Positions 1 through 12,504 of a stretch of DNA of 64,000 nucleotides are shown here, in pieces. Both the position numbers and the translations under genes were made by a program. The stretch lies in assembly GCF_001194135.2 (NCBI RefSeq), contig NC_068981.1, forward strand, positions 51,282,656 to 51,346,655, given 5' to 3'. The notes beneath the pieces were generated by a model. The model saw nothing but the letters and a program-made list of their open reading frames with translations, searched no databases and was not told the origin of the DNA. The stretch comes from Octopus bimaculoides. Taxonomy: Eukaryota. Each line of letters opens with the position of its first letter. Position 1 is the first letter of the stretch.

Positions 1-515
1 CTTGGGAAACACAAAGTGAAAACTATAAAAACCTACTTTCCAACATGATAGTAACTTTTCGTGATATTAGCTCGAATATGAACATCAAAATGCATTATCT
101 TTTTAGTTATCTTGATCGTTTTCCTGAAAATCTCGGAGATGTTAGCGATGAAGAAGGCGAACGATTCCATCAGGACTTCAAAGAGATGGAAACTCAGTAC
201 CAAGGACGTTGGGACGCTGTGATGATGGTAGACTATTGCTGGTGTTTGAAACGAGATACACCTGTTGCTCAACATTCACGGTGCACAAAAAAGCATAAAT
301 TTATTCCTTCACTTAGTTCCAACAATCTTTTCCAATGTGCATTTACAATTTTGAATTTTTATTTGTACTTTTGTTTTGTGTTACGCTCTCTTTTTTTATT
401 CATATTATATGCCTCTTGTATGAATAAAATGCTTACTCTATCAGGTCTAATCAGAAAACTAAACCTGATAGAGAAAAGCTGAAGTTATTTTTGAATTTAG
501 CAGACAAAATCACTT
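1..515 (+). mobile_element. 3' remnant of a DNA transposon, probably Chapaev3 (CMC)-like transposase C-terminus plus 3' subterminal region
   Basis: ORF 45-482 reads MNIKMHYLFSYLDRFPENLGDVSDEEGERFHQDFKEMETQYQGRWDAVMMVDYCWCLKRD, matching the recalled HLDxFPENLGxVSDExGERFHQDIxxMExRYQGxW...DYCW motif. Family label is from memory. Confidence 0.7.
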
Positions 516-539
516 AAGAATTCTTTGTAGTATTCCAGG

Positions 540-740
540 CAGCAGAAAAAAAAAATTGCTGCCCAGTGTTATCAGCTGCAGTCAGTTTCTCTAACAGTGA
601 TTGTAAAACTCTGCCATCTGTCTTGAATTTCTCTCCTATCAAGTTCTCCTTAAAGGACACTATCTGAAACATTCTCTTATCCACTTCCAACCATACTTTT
701 GCTGTATGAGTTCGGTAAAATGGGTAATTGAGGGGCATAA
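540..740 (-). mobile_element. possible degraded mariner transposase C-terminal fragment
   Basis: Minus-strand pieces HTA..KYGWKW and SFKENLIGEKFKTDGRV resemble mariner HTA...GWEVL and FxxLKExLxGxxFxxDxEV; frameshifted and deleted. Confidence 0.35.
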
Positions 741-933
741 CGAGTAGTTTATATAATTCTATCACTTTTCTCTTCCTTTTCCTTTCTTTACAAATGCTTT
801 TCTTCTAAAGGGATTCCTCAGAGTACTTCTGGAATTTCGCGATTTTTCAGAATTTTCTATACTACTTTCTTTTATTCTCTCCTCTTTGAAGATTTCTCAG
901 GGTTCGTTGCCTCCCTTTGCTTGTCATCTATTT

Positions 934-978
<45 letters not shown>

Positions 979-1644
979 CTGTGTAGTGGGGTATGTTTCA
1001 CAGGTAAATCGAAAAAATTCAGGGAGGTAATACACTCCACTAAAATCTAGGAATACTGCGCATTTCAATATGATTAAAAATACAACCATGAATTTTCAAA
1101 CTTAAAAAATTTAATGAGTACATGCTGTCAATGGAGTGCGAGATGGCTATTACACAGCTTTAACGGCTATTTTAGAAATACAGGTGCAACATGGACATAT
1201 GCGCACTCGCGACATTATGTGGATTTAAAAATACTTTCAATTTTTTGTTCTTTTATTTGAAACTAATAGTTNNNNNNNNNNNNNNNNNNNNNNNNNNNNN
1301 NNNNNNNNNNNNNNNNNNNNNNNNNNNNNNNNNNNNNNNNNNNNNNNNNNNNNNNNNNNNNNNNNNNNNNNNNNNNNNNNNNNNNNNNNNNNNNNNNNNN
1401 NNNNNNNNNNNNNNNNNNNNNNNNNNNNNNNNNNNNNNNNNNNNNNNNNNNNNNNNNNNNNNNNNNNNNNNNNNNNNNNNNNNNNNNNNNNNNNNNNNNN
1501 NNNNNNNNNNNNNNNNNNNNNNNNNNNNNNNNNNNNNNNNNNNNNNNNNNNNNNNNNNNNNNNNNNNNNNNNNNNNNNNNNNNNNNNNNNNNNNNNNNNN
1601 NNNNNNNNNNNNNNNNNNNNNNNNNNNNNNNNNNNNNNNNNNNN

Positions 1645-1688
<44 letters not shown>

Positions 1689-2100
1689 CGAGCACACGAA
1701 TGTGTATACAGATACATATACGTATGTATGTACACGTACTCGTCTTCATTTGTATAGTATACGTGTTTATGTATACCTATGCATACATGTGCACGCCTAT
1801 TAAAGACCTAATTTAGCACTACTACTTCCTTGTAATCCATTTACTCTGTTCTTGGGTGAAATTATTCCCCATTAACACTATTCTATTTTTGTAAGTCTCC
1901 CTATTATCATCGATCCATAATTATTATTGTTAAAAACATCTAAACCGTAGAACAAAAAAGTGAACCCCTGCCAAATCACTCTTGGGATATATTTTGTATC
2001 GTTCTTCCGTTTTTTTTTTGTTTCTTTTTTCTGATTTTCTTTATATACCAACATATCTTATACATTTCTCACTTACATCATATGAAAACAAAAAAATTAC

Positions 2101-2156
2101 CAATGATATCTCGCAGGTTCTTTTTTCTCTTTTGAATTTTTCAACTATTTGTTCTT
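2101..2156 (-). CDS. weak candidate internal exon (56 nt)
   Basis: Minus strand tgttatgtag|AAGAAC...TCATTG|gtaatt; open frame (E)EQIVEKFKREKRTCEISL. Weak polypyrimidine tract and low-complexity DNA. Confidence 0.2.
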
Positions 2157-2421
2157 CTACATAACAGCGATATGTGTGTGCATGTGCATATTGATTTGTG
2201 TACAGATTTAAATGTGTGCACGAGAAAGAAGCGAATCTCATGCTAATTTCAGTAACCAAGCTACTACATATTTTTTCATCAGACTAATGTAAGCAAACAA
2301 GGAAAATTTAAATTTCGAATGTTCCAGATATATAAATTCACACATACACGAAGACGAAGACATACACACACAAATACAGGAATAGATACACCCACACACC
2401 TACGTACACTTATATACATGA

Positions 2422-2454
<33 letters not shown>

Positions 2455-3383
2455 NNNNNNNNNNNNNNNNNNNNNNNNNNNNNNNNNNNNNNNNNNNNNN
2501 NNNNNNNNNNNNNNNNNNNNNNNNNNNNNNNNNNNNNNNNNNNNNNNNNNNNNNNNNNNNNNNNNNNNNNNNNNNNNNNNNNNNNNNNNNNNNNNNNNNN
2601 NNNNNNNNNNNNNNNNNNNNNNNNNNNNNNNNNNNNNNNNNNNNNNNNNNNNNNNNNNNNNNTATATATATATATATATATATATATGTGTATATATCAA
2701 ATACAGTTATTCCTATTTTGCTTCATTTTTAGTTGAAAGTACAGTTCTATTAAATATATCTTTTCTCTCAGTCTTTGAAGCTATAAAGAGTAACAAATGT
2801 GGGAAATGTAAGATACAACATATGTACACTTAAATAGACACACAGACACACATACATACTCCACTCAGAAGTACACTCAAATGTGTGTGTATGCGTGGAT
2901 CTTATATAGTGGTGTGTGGATGTATATATATAAATATATATAACACAAATACATATACACACACATACACATGCATATGTATGCATCCATGTATGTATGT
3001 ATATGTATATTAGATTTACATGCCTCTAAGTCTATGATTTTACATGATCTTTATGAAATATTTCCTTTCTCTTTTTCTTTCCAGAACATCTATTTTCAAC
3101 ACAAGTATATCCCTTCAATGGAATTTTTACTTTCTCATTATTTCACTATTTTTATTAATTCATAAACCTCATATATCGTTAGAGAACTGTCAACGCATTT
3201 TCTAATTTTGAAAATAGTTATTAGCCAATCGCAAGTGATTAGCTCCCTGGATTGCTCAAGCCATACATCATTGAACTAGTCTTTAGTGTTTCCTTAACTG
3301 CATGGATTTATCTATTTTCCTGCTATAGCGTTTAGAATGTACTAAAACTCGTTCCAGAGCAATATTTGTCCTACTCAAATAAA

Positions 3384-3428
3384 GCGATAGTTAATAGAGC
3401 GATAGTTAATAGAGCGATAGTTAATAGA
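3384..3428. repeat. tandem repeat, 15-bp unit x3
   Basis: GCGATAGTTAATAGA three perfect copies. Confidence 0.95.
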
Positions 3429-4399
3429 GTTAGCTTTTAAGTTACATACATACCAGAGATCACTGTCCTGAACATCTTGGTGAGAGAGGACATTGATTTC
3501 ACCACTCAGTACAAAAATGATTGTAATTCGTAGCTATAATTCGAAATATAGTGTTTCTGTATGTTTGTATCTGTTCTTATTTGTGTATTCGAAATTGCTG
3601 AAATGAAAGTAATTAAATACCACATCATATAAAGCCACCAAGCCTTGCTAAAACAATCAATTCGTAACACATGACTTACTATTACATGTCGGAATAATTA
3701 TTATAGCAATTTCAAATCTGTTACACTCAAAACTTATTAGACGTTTCATAGAAACATAACTAACACTAAGATAAAATCAAACAGATTGATCCTATCTTGA
3801 ACTTTAAACCATATAATAGTATATATCACTCTAAATTAGACTAAAACAGGAACTAAATATTCTCTTAAAATTAATTAAATTTTAGCTGTTATATAAACAC
3901 ATTTCAACTATGTGAGGTTAAACTATTTCACAAATTTGAAATCTATTCTTTGTTTGCAGAGCAATTTACAATGTGTATTACATTTAATCATTGCAAAATC
4001 AAATATTACCTCATAGTTTAAAGTCAGCCAAACGTACATGAAGATGCAATATGGAATAATATGGAAAAGCGTGTAAACAATAGAGTAACTATGCCAATAC
4101 ATTCCAAAAATGAATAATGTCTCCAAGCAAAGAGGCTTTACAACTGATGGGGACTCCACAAAGTCACGGTCACCATGACTATTAATGCAAGTGATTTTTT
4201 CCGTTCGTAGACTTTCAATCAACGGGTATATTCTCACTACAGGACCATTCACTCAGACATGGTCGCTACTTTCATCGAATTTTCATTGGATTTGCTGGGA
4301 GGCAGCACCTCCCTCCCACTTTCCCTCCCGATCCCCCCTCTCTCTCTCTCTCTTCAATTTCGCTTACTATTAAAACTTGAAAACCTATTGGGGATAAGG

Positions 4400-4730
4400 A
4401 AAAACAGCCTGCTCGTGAAATTAACATGCGAGTGACTGAGCACTCCACAGACATTTGTACCCTTAACGTAGTTCGCGGGGATATTCAGTGTGACACAGTG
4501 TGACAAGGCTGGCCCTTTGAATTACATGCACAACAAAAACAAGAAGTAAGAGCGAAAGAAAGTTGTGGTGAAAGAGTACAGCAGGGTTCGCCACCATCCC
4601 CTGCCGGAGCCTCGTAGAGGTTTAGGCGGTTTCGCTCAATAAACACAGAAAACGCCCGGTCTGGGAATCGAAACCGCGATCCTATGACCACGAGTCCGCT
4701 GCCCTAACCACTGAGCCATTGCGCCTCCAC
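4400..4730 (-). mobile_element. tRNA-derived SINE, near full length
   Basis: Minus strand starts GTGGAGGCGCAATGGCTCAGTGGTTAGGGCAGCGGACTCG...GGTTTCGATTCCCAG, with Pol III A box (TGGCTCAGTGG) and B box (GGTTTCGATTCC), followed by a non-tRNA body. Confidence 0.85.

Positions 4731-4801
<71 letters not shown>
4731..4801. repeat. (AAT)n microsatellite
   Basis: About 23 perfect AAT units. Confidence 0.98.
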
Positions 4802-4803
<2 letters not shown>

Positions 4804-5040
4804 TGATAAATGGGCAAAAGAGAACAACAAATTGTTTTTTGAATGTTATTAGGAATGAACTAGAGAAAAGAGGCTATAGAAAAAATTTATTAGATCCCTG
4901 GAAAAAATATTATCCATACGAAGAGCTGAATAATGTGAGTGAACAAAGATTGACTGATGAGATTAAACAAATGATGACCAAAATGGGATTAGAGAAGATG
5001 GAACAAGAGATGATTATATTGGAAGTGAGAAAGGAATTTC
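4802..5040 (+). mobile_element. N-terminal ORF fragment of an R4/Dong-like RLE non-LTR retrotransposon
   Basis: KRGYRKNLLDPWKKYYPYEELNNVSEQRLTDEIKQMMTK matches the RGYRKRM..W...EQRLxDQxR N-terminal motif of R4/Dong ORFs; abuts (AAT)n. Confidence 0.65.
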
Positions 5041-5089
5041 GAGAAAGGAAGTTCGAGAAAGGAAGTTCGAAAAAGGAAGTTCGAGAAAC

Positions 5090-5678
5090 AACTGGTCTAG
5101 AGAAAAATACACATGGAACAGGAGAATCGACAAAGCTGGAGAATGGATTGAGGGTATCGACAATATTTAGAAGGCTTTAATGTACCTCCAAGTAGAAAGT
5201 CACCGGAAGAATTTATCCCGGAACTAGCAAGTATCCGCGACAGAATTCTAAAACATGCCGATATAGTTGGAGCAAGAAGCAAGAGCCGGCCTAGGGACGA
5301 GCAGTTTCAGGCCATTTTACAAGAGCAGTGTAAAAGAGATGAAAGAGGCAGTGGTACACGAAGTGAGAAAGGAGGAAGAAGAAAGGCGGAATGTACATTT
5401 GGTGCAATGCAGTCAACAGGGGCAGTGCCTGAGATGGGAGGAAAACGTGGTCAGTCGCAGAATCTCATGGAAGGAACTTTGGGCTTGGGAACAAGCAAGA
5501 GCAGCCTTCCTGATCAAGTCTACCTTCGACGTTCTACCCTCACCGGCGAACTTAGTTAGATGGAACATAAAAACAACCGATGGATGTGGATGCGGGGAGA
5601 AAGCGACGGTGAGACACGTTCTGTCAAGCTGCAGACTAGCACTGGAAAGGTATACATGGCGCCATAATCAAGTCCTTG
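5090..5678 (+). mobile_element. HERO-like (RLE-clade) non-LTR retrotransposon fragment: post-RT region and CCHC zinc knuckle, running into a gap
   Basis: LKHADIVG / RAGLG...VRKEEEERR...QQGQCLRWE...ISWKELW...FLIKSTFDVLPSPANLVRW...CGCGEKATVRHVLSSCRLALERYTWRHNQVL; stop-free 5267-5678. Confidence 0.8.
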
Positions 5679-6315
5679 NNNNNNNNNNNNNNNNNNNNNN
5701 NNNNNNNNNNNNNNNNNNNNNNNNNNNNNNNNNNNNNNNNNNNNNNNNNNNNNNNNNNNNNNNNNNNNNNNNNNNNNNNNNNNNNNNNNNNNNNNNNNNN
5801 NNNNNNNNNNNNNNNNNNNNNNNNNNNNNNNNNNNNNNNNNNNNNNNNNNNNNNNNNNNNNNNNNNNNNNNNNNNNNNNNNNNNNNNNNNNNNNNNNNNN
5901 NNNNNNNNNNNNNNNNNNNNNNNNNNNNNNNNNNNNNNNNNNNNNNNNNNNNNNNNNNNNNNNNNNNNNNNNNNNNNNNNNNNNNNNNNNNNNNNNNNNN
6001 NNNNNNNNNNNNNNNNNNNNNNNNNNNNNNNNNNNNNNNNNNNNNNNNNNNNNNNNNNNNNNNNNNNNNNNNNNNNNNNNNNNNNNNNNNNNNNNNNNNN
6101 NNNNNNNNNNNNNNNNNNNNNNNNNNNNNNNNNNNNNNNNNNNNNNNNNNNNNNNNNNNNNNNNNNNNNNNNNNNNNNNNNNNNNNNNNNNNNNNNNNNN
6201 NNNNNNNNNNNNNNNNNNNNNNNNNNNNNNNNNNNNNNNNNNNNNNNNNNNNNNNNNNNNNNNNNNNNNNNNNNNNNNNNNNNNNNNNNNNNNNNNNNNN
6301 NNNNNNNNNNNNNNN

Positions 6316-6660
6316 CTGGACCCTAGCAGCGGGAAATTTAGACAGTGTCACGTGACAACTAACTGGGGATGCCTGCTGGAGCCTAGCAGCAGATATAAAA
6401 AGGGGAACTTGACATGACGATCAGTCGGACGCTGACACTCGTTGATGCTGCATCGAAGAGGCCAGGGAATAGAAGAAAGAAGACATACACCCAACACCAG
6501 AGCTGAAGACACCTCCGAAAGGAGGGGCCCCGCCACGTCAAAACGGTAGAGGAGTAGGGGCCGAAATCGGACGTGGTTCCTCCTGATGATGTCTTGAGCT
6601 AACTGGATGCTATAAAGGAGCTGTTGTGGTAGCAGACCACGAAACATGGCTGAAATTCCT
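6316..6660 (+). repeat. LTR-like segment, copy A
   Basis: TGTCACG start, TATAAAAAGG box; shares TCGTTGAYGCTGCATCGAAGA and CAGARCTGAASACAYCTCCGAAAGG blocks with 8490-8660. Confidence 0.4.
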
Positions 6661-6669
6661 TACTTGATA

Positions 6670-7085
6670 GAAGGCAAAGGTTGCCATCGCTGTAGTCATG
6701 AAATAGATCAAAGCTAAGACCAGAACTCAGGAAAGTGAATGAAGTAGTCATGAGAATTCCAATTAAAGATATCACTAAGTTAAATTCCTTGGTGTATGTC
6801 ACTGTTTACGTCATCACGGAAAAGGTAGGAATGTTTCGAGAAATGAAAGTAAACGGAAACAAAGCACTATTCTGGAAAAGCGGATTAAAAGAAAGTATTG
6901 AAACATGGTAGAAGGATTTAAATAAGATCGAGGAAGTAATGAGAGGATATACCAGACTCAATGAAAGAGAACAGAATTACAAGAATAGGAAATGCTACCC
7001 GGTGGATAAGGACACTATTTTTATTCGATATGTTAAAACAAAGATCAAAGGGAGTGGAGTTAAGATCAAAAGACAAAAGGAAAAT
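6670..7085 (+). mobile_element. R4/Dong-like ORF fragment (pre-RT region)
   Basis: LPSL..NRSKLRPELRKVNEVVMRIPIKDITKLNSLVYVTVYVITEKVG...FWKSGLKESIETW*KDLNKIE matches LPSLR...KVNE..I...ITExNxLxYA...WKRRL...KDLS; contains stops. Confidence 0.7.
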
Positions 7086-7235
7086 ACATAATCATCTGTT
7101 TAGAACAAATCCTATAAATATTACAAAAATGAAGTAGATTGACAAGTTTATTTTTTTGACCTGTGGAAGACACACGAGATGTCGAAATGCAGTTCACTTG
7201 ATAACAATGGCACTCTTCATTTTTTACTGCTAATA

Positions 7236-7410
<175 letters not shown>

Positions 7411-7474
7411 TAAAATTCCATTCAGAAATTCAAACAATCCAACTACGTGAATATCAGTATATATATGTGTGTGT

Positions 7475-7514
<40 letters not shown>

Positions 7515-7561
7515 TGAACGTGTGTGTCTTTATATATATATATATATATCACGAACGTTAT

Positions 7562-8040
7562 CTAGAAACTACCAGTGAGGGCACTGGATATAAGAATGAA
7601 AGTTGTAGGTGATAAGTATATTACGAAAATATAAGAAGCTTTAAAAAATAAAAAGAATGAAAACTCAGATGCCAGTAGTTTTTCAATTTGTGACGATATT
7701 TTGATGAATGCCCAAAGGTGTATTGAAACAATTTCACAGCGATCATCCAGAAATGGCAAGGTTGAAGGCTCTGATGAGGAGGTATGTTTATTGGCAGGTT
7801 ATTGGTGAGAACGTACGAGGTTGCGCGCTCATGGCCAAAGCCCCGCAGGTAAAATATGATTCGTAACCAGAGACGGAGAACCCATAGCTTAGGTTAGACA
7901 TTGACTATGCGGGACCGGTAAACTGCGCTTACTAACTAATCGTAGTAGATAGCTGTACTAAGTGGCTGGAGGTTAGCAGGTGCTGTAGACTAACCTCTAA
8001 GGCAACTATAACGTTCTGATAGGAATTGTCTGCGCAGTGT
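7562..8040 (+). mobile_element. Gypsy/Ty3 LTR retrotransposon pol remnant (integrase HHCC and start of the core)
   Basis: SFSICDDILM...FHSDHPEMARLKALMRRYVYW...RGCALMAKAP...P*LRLDIDYAGPVN...LIVVDSCTKWLEV...TSKATITF; stops and frameshifts. Confidence 0.85.
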
Positions 8041-8065
8041 CAATGACACGCCAGTTTGAAAATTT

Positions 8066-8114
<49 letters not shown>

Positions 8115-8489
8115 TAAATTTTCAGATTAGGTTGGTAGGAATATATAATCCTATCGGGTACCGTATTCAAATTTGTCAGTTAATAATGGTGGCTAACCTC
8201 TGTGAGTGTAGAAAAACTCAAGTTAGTTTATTTTGCTATTCTCCGTAGATATTCATATTGGTAAATCCATGTCTCTATAGATACTGCATGTTGTCGGTAA
8301 AAATAAATCTGGTTTTCAGGTCTGTCCTACTGTGTCACATCTTGAACAAGTGCGATTTGCTATAACCTCGAACCGGCTCTGTTAGAGGCTCTGTGAATGG
8401 CTCTGTTGGACGAAAACAAAACGAAGCCCACCAATTATACATGTGTATTGGTGGTGTGAGTGTCTGTGTGTGTGATTTTATGCACATAT

Positions 8490-8660
8490 ACGTATGGAAG
8501 CCGGAGCCTAACGGGAAGTATTTAAAGGGTAATTTGGCAGGATAACCGTCCCCTCATTGATATTCGTTGACGCTGCATCGAAGAAACATTTGAACAAAAG
8601 GCCAAAGAAAAAGAAAAAAACGAACTCAGCAACAGAACTGAACACATCTCCGAAAGGTGC
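8490..8660 (+). repeat. LTR-like segment, copy B (diverged relative of 6316-6660)
   Basis: TATTTAAAGGG, TTCGTTGACGCTGCATCGAAGA, CAGAACTGAACACATCTCCGAAAGG. Confidence 0.4.
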
Positions 8661-8721
8661 GTGAGTATGTGTGTATGTTTGCGTGTGTGTGTGCGTGTGT
8701 GTGTGTGCGTGCGTGTGTGTG

Positions 8722-8753
<32 letters not shown>

Positions 8754-9181
8754 AACATGTATATATACATACGTTATATGCATATATTACATTAACATAC
8801 TGGTATCCCTAATATTCATATTTTGTATACAAAATTGAAATAGCACTATCCCTATTATTTTTTTTCTTAGAGAAACTTCTCAAAGCTATTCGTGTTGTAG
8901 AACGCAGAACTTTGCCAGAATATCAGTGAATCACTAAACAGTTTGTTTTGACATGATTTGTTCCTCTCAGTGACAAACACTACGGACATTCCCAGCCGTG
9001 CTAAGAATGCTTGTTCTTTTATAGCAATCTTTAAGCAGATTTTCAAATGATTTCTTCAAATGATTTCTTCAAATGATTTCAAGCCAGACTTGTTTTAAAT
9101 TTGATTACTCACCTGAAAGAACAGTAGAATTAAGTGCCGACTTGTATAAAATTATTATATAGATATATATAGAGAGAAACT

Positions 9182-9213
<32 letters not shown>

Positions 9214-9722
9214 GAGAGAGAGAGACATACATATATATATATTTACACACACACACACAAATATATTAAATAGTAATGAGAATATTAATGATAATGATAA
9301 GTATATTAAATGTAGAGTTGTATATCGTTACTACACCAAACCATTTCATTCAATGCCACAAGCGAAACAAAATATACTTCGTCAGAATGATATTAATCAA
9401 TTAAATATACATGTGCGCCTAAGTCTACAGTCAATAATATACTTGAGTTAGAATACACAGGTAGATGGATATCGCTAAATAGCTTAAATATAGTTGATTT
9501 ACATCAACTCTAGCATCATTATACAATATAATATTGGCTAAAACGAAGCAGTCTATTGCCTCGCTCTGAAACAAGTATTTTAGTGGGTGGCGGAAGTGTA
9601 ATACTTAATATATGGGTCAAGCCTTTGGTTGCCACATTCAAAGATTTTCGGAACAAAATAGAAAAGGAATAATAATGATATAGGTAATAAGCGTGTGGAG
9701 AAATGTCTGAAATGTTACTTAC

Positions 9723-9772
9723 TGACGAAATATTATTACAGTGATAAACGCCTGTTCTCTGGTCAGCATTCT
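9723..9772 (-). CDS. candidate internal exon (50 nt)
   Basis: Minus strand tttattcttttatattacag|AGAATG...TTCGTCA|gtaagt: strong acceptor and consensus donor. Two frames are open (NADQRTGVYHCNNISS or RMLTREQAFITVIIFR). Confidence 0.35.
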
Positions 9773-10126
9773 CTGTAATATAAAAGAATAAATTATTAGG
9801 AAGAGAGAAACAGGAGAACGGAAAATGAAGACGGAAAAGTTGGAAACTGGAAATTTGCGAGAGATTTAGTAGAGACAGTAGAGACAAATAAAGAGCAAGA
9901 TAGATAGAAAATGATCGTTAGAAAAAGAGAGGTAGAAAGAAAAAGAGGTAGAGAGAAAGAGAGGCAAAATCGAAGACGGAGTTAACGAATATAAAACAAG
10001 TATAAAATGACTTTGATACCCACAAAGTGTGATATAAAGTAGATATAACGGAAATAAGAGTAGGAGAGAGGAGGAAGCACGCAAGTGAATCTACATGGGG
10101 ATTCACATATGTACATATTTATATAT

Positions 10127-10171
<45 letters not shown>

Positions 10172-10258
10172 TATATATTCTGTTTTCCTCCGCTATACAA
10201 CCATACATTTTTATACACACCCACACACACATACATATGGGTGCGCGCGCGTGCGTGC

Positions 10259-10301
<43 letters not shown>

Positions 10302-11029
10302 AGGTGGTACGTCTTTGAGTGTTCGTACGTTTGCGGGAGTGATGTGTTGACAAGGAGAAATAATAAATGGAAAGATTTAAGTTGAATAACATTCACAGAG
10401 AATGATGGGCATATAGGTACAGGGTTAGATGCACGGAAAGAGAAAGAGTGAAGCAGAGAGAGAAGACATACAGAGAAGTAGTAAGTCAGAACAGAAAAGA
10501 ATTAGAGTAAGAAAATCAGATTAAACAAGGATTACAGAAAATACACGACAGAGAAAATTGCAAGACAGGAAACAAATATTGCGTTAGAATGTCATTAAAT
10601 TCAAGACATTGTGGCATTTAATTCCACATAGATATTTTGATTCTTAGAAATCCACATTCACAATATACTGAAAGACTTTCACTATAGTTATTTACTGCTG
10701 GCAAAAGTGGTAAAGGGGTTATTAAAATCTTTCTTTAGTTACGCATGCGCTCTGTATTAAAATCATGCCGATGTCGACATGCCCTGTATTTCATCCTTGG
10801 TCCGTAAAATAATATGATACTTGTTTATGTTTAAACTCAAGCTATCCTTCATAGCTCAGAACACAAATCAAAATCATCGCATCGTGATCATTCATTGTTA
10901 TATCAGAAGTGGTATTCTTAGGACCTATATACCCATTTTTGTAAAGATCTTATGATGTGAATTGTGGAAGATTTTGTTGCAATGACGAGGCATTCCTAAA
11001 TTAAAGTACCCTTCTCTTCAGCACTGCTA

Positions 11030-11560
11030 CTACTGTAGATGTAAAAGAGTGAGCAACCATACCACCCTACAACGCCAGTATTTTACTCGAGTCGCAAGCA
11101 GTTTCCTGCTAGAAATCTCGTAGCCATGTGGAAGGGGAAATGTGTGAACCCAGGAAGCTAGAAAAGCGGGCTACAGGGAGGCCATATGAGTGAAACTCCA
11201 GAAACGTTTGGTTAAACAAATTGTTGAACACCATGGAACTGGTGCCGCAAAGAAGAGATTTCAGATGGTGAACTTCAAGCAGATGCAAACAGAAGTATTC
11301 CTCATGGGTATCGGGTGCATCGGAGAAGTCATCGCTTATTCCAATCGATATGGAACAGTTGATGGGAGACACCATTCGATGTCACGAACAGGGAAGACTA
11401 CTGATGATTTGTACAGCAGTGAAGATTTCAGTTTCGCAATCCACCTGATATGGCGAGAGGCAAATTTGACATTTGTTGGCAGTGAAAGATATGCAAGGAA
11501 GATTATCATCTGGTAGTTGCCAGATCAAGAATAATCGGAAGAAAACTGAAGACTGCTGTG
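11030..11560 (+). mobile_element. degraded LINE fragment, possibly an RTE-type AP endonuclease domain
   Basis: Mixed frames give EQGRLLMICTA, RQI*HLL..KD and DYHLVVARSRI, resembling EG.RLLxFCxA, QIDYIL and DHxLVVxxxR; locally GC-richer. Confidence 0.4.
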
Positions 11561-12099
11561 ACAGGAAATCTTTTCGAAGAAAAACATAAATGTAAGGTGC
11601 GGGTATCGCAAATAAACCTACCGACCTAACTCAGAAACTGATCTGCTTAGGGGAACTTGATTCATTGGACACTTGCTACTGATGTAGTGCAATCCACTTC
11701 GCTAAATATCTTCTGTCCAATGGAAAGGCAAAAGAATGATTGGCTTGATTTGCTGTTATTACCATGGCAACAACAATAGTAACAGCACTAGCCATAGTCC
11801 AAATTATAACCTAATATCTGGAGAGTACAATCACAGGCAAGAAAACCAAAATAATTATTTTCCTTAAAAGAATAAAATTTGAAACATATTTACACATTCT
11901 CATATAAGAGGACAGACATCTTCATTTCTTGCGTTTAAGCGTTTGGCAAATTTTAACGAAAAAAGCTACAAATATCGTTGCTGTGAGAATATTTTTTCTA
12001 TTAAAGATCATGTCCAGGTGATATTAGTTTCTTCTGACTTTCTACTTGATTCTATAATGAAACTTTGTTTCGAAGAACTCGGTAGTGAGGAGTTTGTAA

Positions 12100-12131
<32 letters not shown>

Positions 12132-12206
12132 CAAACACAGACACAAAGAAGCGAGCGCGCGCACAGACTCACTCATATATATATATATATATATATACAT
12201 ACAAAT

Positions 12207-12244
<38 letters not shown>

Positions 12245-12280
12245 CGATAGATAGATAGATAGATAGATAGATAGGTAGAT
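12207..12280. repeat. (GATA)n microsatellite
   Basis: Visible tetranucleotide array. Confidence 0.97.
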
Positions 12281-12396
12281 GACGGACTTCTTTCACTTTC
12301 CATCTACCAAACGCACTCAGAAGGCTTCAGTGGGACTGGGTCCGAACGATGTGGCAGGGAAGCAAGCTTCTTATCACGCAGCTACGACTGCGCCTA
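12278..12396 (-). mobile_element. tRNA-derived SINE family A (possibly Deu/Nin-domain type), internally deleted
   Basis: Shares CAGTGGGACTG, GGAAGCAAGCTTCTTA and GACGGACTTCTTTCA...TCTACCAAA with copies at 20126 and 34240. Confidence 0.7.
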
Positions 12397-12405
12397 TACA
12401 CACGG

Positions 12406-12406
<1 letters not shown>

Positions 12407-12495
<89 letters not shown>
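12407..12495. repeat. (TTA)n microsatellite
   Basis: Visible array with one CAT interruption. Confidence 0.97.
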
Positions 12496-12504
12496 TTCAT
12501 TATT

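Noticed and set aside
4640-4730. tRNA gene on the minus strand
   Set aside because: A and B boxes are present, but there is no clean acceptor stem and it continues into a SINE body; treated as a SINE head.
6505-6535. CTGAAGA-CACCTC-CGAAA as a hammerhead core
   Set aside because: No stem II can form between the boxes; better explained as a CCTCC-GAAA-GGAGG tetraloop hairpin.
11545-11585. Hammerhead-like CTGAAGA-CTG-CTGTGA-CAG-GAAA-TCTT-TTCG-AAGA
   Set aside because: Lacks the U16.1 needed to pair with A15.1 and has no NUH triplet or stem I; likely chance.
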